Below the pieces are notes generated by a model. It saw only the letters and a list, made by a program, of their open reading frames with translations, searched no databases and was not told the origin of the DNA. Made by a program: the position numbers and the translations under genes. Positions 55,624 through 64,000 of a DNA stretch of 64,000 nucleotides are shown here, piece after piece. Source of the DNA: Eledone cirrhosa (lineage: Eukaryota); contig OZ024752.1 in NCBI GenBank assembly GCA_964016885.1, positions 28,706,001 through 28,770,000 of the forward strand. The letters are read 5' to 3'. How positions within the stretch are numbered: position 1 is the stretch's first letter; the number at the start of each line of letters is the position of its first letter.

Positions 55624-55745
55624 TTTATATATATATATATATATTTTTATATATATATATATTTTTTTTTATATATATTTATATATATATATTTTTATAT
55701 ATATATATATTTATGTATATATATATTTATATATATATATATATA

Positions 55746-57819
<2,074 letters not shown>

Positions 57820-58543
57820 GTATATATATTTTTATATATATATATATTATATATTTATATATATATATATATATATTTATTTATATAAATATATATTTAT
57901 ATATATATATTTATATAAATATATATATTTATATATATATTTTTATATATATATATTTATTTATTTAGATATATATTTATATATATATATTTATATAAAT
58001 ATATATATTTATATATATATTTATATATATATATTTATTTATAAAAATATATATTTATATATATATATTTATATAAATATATATATTTATATATATATTT
58101 ATATATATATATATTTATTTATATAAATATATATATATATATTTATTTATATAAATATATATTTATATATATTTATTTATATAAATATATATATATATAT
58201 TTATTTATATAAATATATATTTATATAGTTATTTATATAAATATATATTTATATATATATATATTTATATAAATATATATATTTATATATATATTTATAT
58301 ATATATATATATATATATATGTATTTATATAAATATATATATATTTATTTATATAAATATATATATATATATATTTATTTATATAAATATATATATATAT
58401 ATATTTATTTATATAAATATATATATATAAATATATATATAAATATATATATTTATATAAATATATATATATATATATATTTATTTATATAAATATATAT
58501 TTATATATATATATTTATATAAATATATATATTTATATATATA

Positions 58544-58586
<43 letters not shown>

Positions 58587-58647
58587 GTATATATATATAT
58601 TTATATATATATATCTATTTATGTATATATATATATTTATGTATATA

Positions 58648-58708
<61 letters not shown>

Positions 58709-58713
58709 TTGTA

Positions 58714-58746
<33 letters not shown>

Positions 58747-59291
58747 GCGAGTGTGCATGTGTGCGCCAATGTATAGGAATTGATCTTTTACTATAATTGA
58801 TATAACGTCTGACTTTGCTAATTAAATCAAGTGTGTCTACATGTGTAGGTTTAGTTGTATGTGTTTGAGAGTTGCTGTGTCTATGATTCTCTGACTAAGT
58901 TAGTCAGTGTGTCTTTTTTAATTCTAAGTCAACAGTGATTAACGAAAACTATGACCCGCATCGTTTAAACCATATCAGTTTTTCAGACATGGTAATTTTA
59001 ACAATGCATTATTCAATGTGTGTCTCTTTTGATAAGATTGTGCGTTGTTATTTGCATGAGATTTGCTTTGTTATGTGCGTGAGATTTGGCTATTATGTCT
59101 AACAGTTACGCTGACCACATCAAGGAGACTACTTTTGGCCCCAGACGCTATCAATGTGTTTAAGTGTACATAGTATTCCATAAAATCAGATTCATTTGAA
59201 TATATCTTACAATGGTTACTAGTACAGTGTATCTTTGGGTGTGTATATATATATATATGTGTATATATATATATATATAGAAACCAGTAAG

Positions 59292-59385
59292 ACCCCGACA
59301 GCTGAGCTCAAGCCGTTTCGACGGCTAATTCTGGACTAAATGAAAATTTATCCTGGTATTTAAATAGCCGATCTTCTCAAGGGGT
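59292..59385 (-). ncRNA. Type-I hammerhead ribozyme with U3:A8 core at the PLE 3-prime end
   Basis: acccc-TTGAGAA-gatcggcta...tagccgtc-GAAA-cggct tgagctc agctg-TC-ggggt; GUC site. Confidence 0.7.
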
Positions 59386-61722
59386 AATTCCATATATGGT
59401 CAAAGTGATTGTCAAAAATCAGTAGTAATTCTGTGGTTGCAAATTAGTAGGGGAGATGGTGGCTAAACCTGCCAGTAGGAGAAACAGGGGAGGGGTGGAG
59501 TAGACCCAATCAAGCGTTGGTAGTGCCAGCTACAGCTGGGCATGAGGTCAAAGAAGATACAGGGGAGGGGAAGGGGAGGAAGTCGGAACGGTAGGTAGAA
59601 CAATGGGGGGTAGAAATAGGAAAGAAAAAGTACTGAGAGTGAAGAAAAGCAAATAAGTGTAAAGAAAAAAGTAAAGTAAATTAAATTCTACGACCTAGGT
59701 CTCAGGCTATTGTTAGGCTAGAATAAAATAAAGAAAGAAAGAAAGAAGTAAAGAAAGAAAAAAATAAATAAAGAAATAACGAAATAAGTAAAAGAACTAG
59801 GTGGGACGGTATAGGCAAGGACCCTTTTAAGAGGTATAAGTACGTAAATGATACGGTGACGGATCAACAAAAGGGGCCAAAATACTAAAGAGACTACCAC
59901 GAAATAAACAATAAAGGTTTCCATCCCGGGCCAGCAACGACCCAGTGCAGCAAAGTGAACTTGTACGAGATAATAATTCTGAGTCCCGAGAAAAATATAT
60001 ACTAATGCTAACTCTAAAAGATCTAAAACAAGCTACATGAAAGTTCGTACGAAATAAAGGTAGAATACGGAGAAATAAATTCAGAATCCACCCCGCCCAG
60101 AAGAAAAGCGAAGCAAGAAATACTGAAACGAACAAATAAGGCATAAGTGCCACTAAGAAATATAGAGGGCACCGAGAATAGTGGGAGCGGTCGGAAAAAG
60201 GGGGTAAGTATCCGGGGTCTAAGCCAACTGCTATAAAGGGCGAAGTCCGCCAAATCTATCATAGACTAGGGGAGGGGGTGGTGGGGGTACTAAGGCTACA
60301 TGGGGCCAAAGGGCAGCCTCGGGTGGGCGAGAAAAGACGCCGACAAAGGAGAAGAGCTGGGGTAGAAGGACTAAGGAGAGAGGGGGGAAGGAAATAAAGG
60401 AAGCGATAAAAGAATACAAAGAAGATCTTACGTCTTCCTTGGCAAGCAGGGGTTACCCATTGCAAAATCGGCAAGTGGGGTGTTATAGCCCTAGTCTACC
60501 CCCCCCCCCCCCCCCGGGTCATTATGGGGTTTGAGGGCGAGGTAAGTCCTACGCAATCTATGTTTACATGCAGTGACCAGTTCATCTTTCTTGTTTAGGA
60601 GTTGGTCCGTCGAAAACAGCATTTGTAAAGTTTCCTCCGAGCATAAATTGCACGGACGGCGTCCTCCCGTGTAAGAATTGGCTCTGGACAGTAATCTCCA
60701 AGTGAGATCATAGGTGATGTTGTTGTCCTTGAGGTCCCATATGTGGCCCGAAAGTGTAGTGGCGTGACGCAGGGCCGGGTTTCGGAAGGTATGTCTATGT
60801 TGGTATAGCCGGGTCTTGAAGTCACATGCGGTAAGTCCTATATAGGCTTTGTTGGAGGTATCCGTCCTCACGTTGCACTGGTAGATCACATTACGGTCTC
60901 TGCATCTATTGTCGAGTGGGCAAATAGATCTATCCGGGCAGTTACACCTCCTGGTCGGTTCTCCACTGCTATTTAGGTTATTTCTGCCATCGGGGTTGAG
61001 TTTTTTGTTGTTAGAGGAGACGATGTTTTGTGCGAAGTTTGGTGTAGTGCTGTAAGAGAGTTTGATGGTATTTTTGTTAATTATGTTGTGGTAGCGGTGT
61101 TGTAATGGGAAGTGTTTTTCAATGAGCCTAAAGAATAGTTTCCCGATGGGAGTTGTCACCTCTGCGTTGTGGGGAGGATTGAACCATGTTACATTGCGTG
61201 AGCGGCGGTGTCTCCTGCTGGTTCCGCTAATGGGAGCTGGACAGTAGGATATTTCCTCCCGGAAACCACTCCGCTTGAGGGCCTGGTTGTAATAAGGCGC
61301 ATGTTCATCGAATATCCGCTCATTAGCTGACAAACGGGATATGCGGAGGGAGATGTTTTTGACCAGGTTGTTTGTGATGTTCCTAGGATGGTTTGATCGG
61401 CGGTGGATGTAGTGCAGATTGTCATTAGGTTTCCTGTATGGGTAGTACAGGTCGTTTTCGAGGTCGAGGGTCACGTCCAGGAAGTTTACTCGGGTCAGGG
61501 ACGTTTGTAGGGTTATTTTAAATCCCCAGTCGCGGAAGAATCTGATTAATTGTTTCCGGACCCGATCTGTACTACTGGGGTTGTACCCTTTAAGGGTAAG
61601 GAGCCCATCATCACGGTACAATCCACCACCGAATGCAGGAAACATATCAGTGAGTTTGGCTATTAGGAATAATCCTATAAGATCTGTGACCTCCGCCGAA
61701 TCCGTGGCGCCCATGCTGACCC

Positions 61723-63618
61723 AGACACAACCGATTCCTACAAAAACTCCGTAGCAACTTAACAGAGTATGATAACACAAATGACATCATGGTGCATTCG
61801 GATAAAACTGGGAACCTATACTTTGTCAACCCTGACAGATACCACACACTGATCAGGAGCAGCCTAAACTCCACCTATAAAAAGGCCAACCACTCTTGCC
61901 TCGAGGACATTAATCGAGATGGACAACAAATCACCTCCAGCCTCGGGGTCGCCGACCGCACGGAACCTCTAGACCCACGGACGCCATACTTCACACTGAA
62001 GGACCATAAATCCGATTTTGACCGTAAACCCTCTATCAGGCTTATTAACCCAACGAAGTCCGACATAGGGAGAATCAGCAAAAAAATCCTAGACCGCGTG
62101 ATACCAAAAGTCAAGCAACACACCCGACTTAGCCTATGGATCAACACCCAGGAAGTAATCTCCTGGTTCAGCAATATGGAGGATAAACGAGAAACTAAAT
62201 TCATACAGTTCGACATAGAGAGCTACTATGCTTCAATCACCTTACCGCTACTTACTGCCGCCTTGGACTTCGCCGAAACACTTGTGCCCATCACCGACCA
62301 GGAAAGAAAAATCATCCTCCACGCCAGGAAGACAGTCTTACTCTTTGACGACTCTAAATGGATTAAAAGAGCTCCCGACTCACCCTTCGACGTCAGCATG
62401 GGCGCCACGGATTCGGCGGAGGTCACAGATCTTATAGGATTATTCCTAATAGCCAAACTCACTGATATGTTTCCTGCATTCGGTGGTGGATTGTACCGTG
62501 ATGATGGGCTCCTTACCCTTAAAGGGTACAACCCCAGTAGTACAGATCGGGTCCGAAAACAATTAATCAGATTCTTCCGCGACTGGGGATTTAAAATAAC
62601 CCTACAAACGTCCCTGACCCGAGTAAACTTCCTGGACGTGACCCTCGACCTCGAAAACGACCTGTACTACCCATACAGGAAACCTAATGACAATCTGCAC
62701 TACATCCACCGCCGATCAAACCATCCTAGGAACATCACAAACAACCTGGTCAAAAACATCTCCCTCCGCATATCCCGTTTGTCAGCTAATGAGCGGATAT
62801 TCGATGAACATGCGCCTTATTACAACCAGGCCCTCAAGCGGAGTGGTTTCCGGGAGGAAATATCCTACTGTCCAGCTCCCATTAGCGGGACCAGCAGGAG
62901 ACACCGCCGCTCACGCAATGTAACATGGTTCAATCCTCCCCACAACGCAGAGGTGACAACTCCCATCGGGAAACTATTCTTTAGGCTCATTGAAAAACAC
63001 TTCCCATTACAACACCGCTACCACAACATAATTAACAAAAATACCATCAAACTCTCTTACAGCACTACACCAAACTTCGCACAAAACATCGTCTCCTCTA
63101 ACAACAAAAAACTCAACCCCGATGGCAGAAATAACCTAAATAGCAGTGGAGAACCGACCAGGAGGTGTAACTGCCCGGATAGATCTATTTGCCCACTCGA
63201 CAATAGATGCAGAGACCGTAATGTGATCTACCAGTGCAACGTGAGGACGGATACCTCCAACAAAGCCTATATAGGACTTACCGCATGTGACTTCAAGACC
63301 CAGCTATACCAACATAGACATACCTTCCGAAACCCGGCCCTGCGTCACGCCACTACACTTTCGGGCCACATATGGGACCTCAAGGACAACAACATCACCT
63401 ATGATCTCACTTGGAGATTACTGTCCAGAGCCAATTCTTACACGGGAGGACGCCGTCCGTGCAATTTATGCTCGGAGGAAACTTTACAAATGCTGTTTTC
63501 GACGGACCAACTCCTAAACAAGAAAGATGAACTGGTCACTGCATGTAAACATAGATTGCGTAGGACTTACCTCGCCCTCAAACCCCATAATGACCCGGGG
63601 GGGGGGGGGGTAGACTAG
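61723..63618 (+). CDS. PLE reverse transcriptase-GIY-YIG endonuclease ORF, 5-prime truncated
   Basis: SDKTGNLY, FDIESYYASI, GLYRDDGL, WFNPPHN, CNCPDRSICPLDNRC, VIYQC...YIGLT, CNLC, CKH; frame is open back to the junction. Confidence 0.9.
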   Translation, partial: RHNRFLQKLRSNLTEYDNTNDIMVHSDKTGNLYFVNPDRYHTLIRSSLNSTYKKANHSCLEDINRDGQQITSSLGVADRTEPLDPRTPYFTLKDHKSDFDRKPSIRLINPTKSDIGRISKKILDRVIPKVKQHTRLSLWINTQEVISWFSNMEDKRETKFIQFDIESYYASITLPLLTAALDFAETLVPITDQERKIILHARKTVLLFDDSKWIKRAPDSPFDVSMGATDSAEVTDLIGLFLIAKLTDMFPAFGGGLYRDDGLLTLKGYNPSSTDRVRKQLIRFFRDWGFKITLQTSLTRVNFLDVTLDLENDLYYPYRKPNDNLHYIHRRSNHPRNITNNLVKNISLRISRLSANERIFDEHAPYYNQALKRSGFREEISYCPAPISGTSRRHRRSRNVTWFNPPHNAEVTTPIGKLFFRLIEKHFPLQHRYHNIINKNTIKLSYSTTPNFAQNIVSSNNKKLNPDGRNNLNSSGEPTRRCNCPDRSICPLDNRCRDRNVIYQCNVRTDTSNKAYIGLTACDFKTQLYQHRHTFRNPALRHATTLSGHIWDLKDNNITYDLTWRLLSRANSYTGGRRPCNLCSEETLQMLFSTDQLLNKKDELVTACKHRLRRTYLALKPHNDPGGGGVD

Positions 63619-64000
63619 GGCTATAACACCCCACTTGCCGATTTTGCAATGGGTAACCCCTGCTTGCCAAGGAAGACGTAAGATCTTCTTTGTATTCTTT
63701 TATCGCTTCCTTTATTTCCTTCCCCCCTCTCTCCTTAGTCCTTCTACCCCAGCTCTTCTCCTTTGTCGGCGTCTTTTCTCGCCCACCCGAGGCTGCCCTT
63801 TGGCCCCATGTAGCCTTAGTACCCCCACCACCCCCTCCCCTAGTCTATGATAGATTTGGCGGATTTCGCCCTTTATAGCAGTTGGCTTAGACCCCGGATA
63901 CTTGCCCCCTTTTTCCGACCGCTCCCACTATTCTCGGTGCCCTCTATATTTCTTAGTGGCACTTATGCCTTATTTGTTCGTTTCAGTATTTCTTGCTTCG

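Larger units (their letters stand above)
59280..64000. mobile_element. Young Penelope-like element (Naiad-like), head-to-head: inverted arm 59280..61720 (-) and forward arm 61721..window end (+)
   Basis: Arms near-identical; junction at 61720/61721; left end in (TA)n. Confidence 0.95.

Overview
AT-rich, microsatellite-dense animal DNA, most likely an octopus genome (inferred from the S-crystallin sequences). The only host genes are two tandem minus-strand S-crystallin genes (lens crystallins derived from sigma-class GST). One is complete: 6 exons, 43061..52125, 215 aa. The other has exons 1-4 in the window (728..6954) and runs off the left edge. The rest is (TA)n/(CA)n tracts, a 3.6-kb 17-19-bp minisatellite, a (CCA)n array, RTE-type LINEs, tRNA-derived SINEs, a hAT MITE, a non-autonomous Helitron and many Penelope-like retroelement (PLE) insertions with head-to-head inverted arms. 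The most notable layer is non-coding: about 20 minimal type-I hammerhead ribozyme (HHR) motifs, some degenerate, from roughly ten unrelated families, nearly all inside (TA)n tracts. These include a young 467-bp tandem/inverted HHR array with no ORF (retrozyme-like, predicted 467-nt self-cleaved/circular RNA) and two hammerheads with a U3:A8 compensatory core. Nearly all short and low-complexity ORFs in the track are spurious. All folds and alignments were read by eye.
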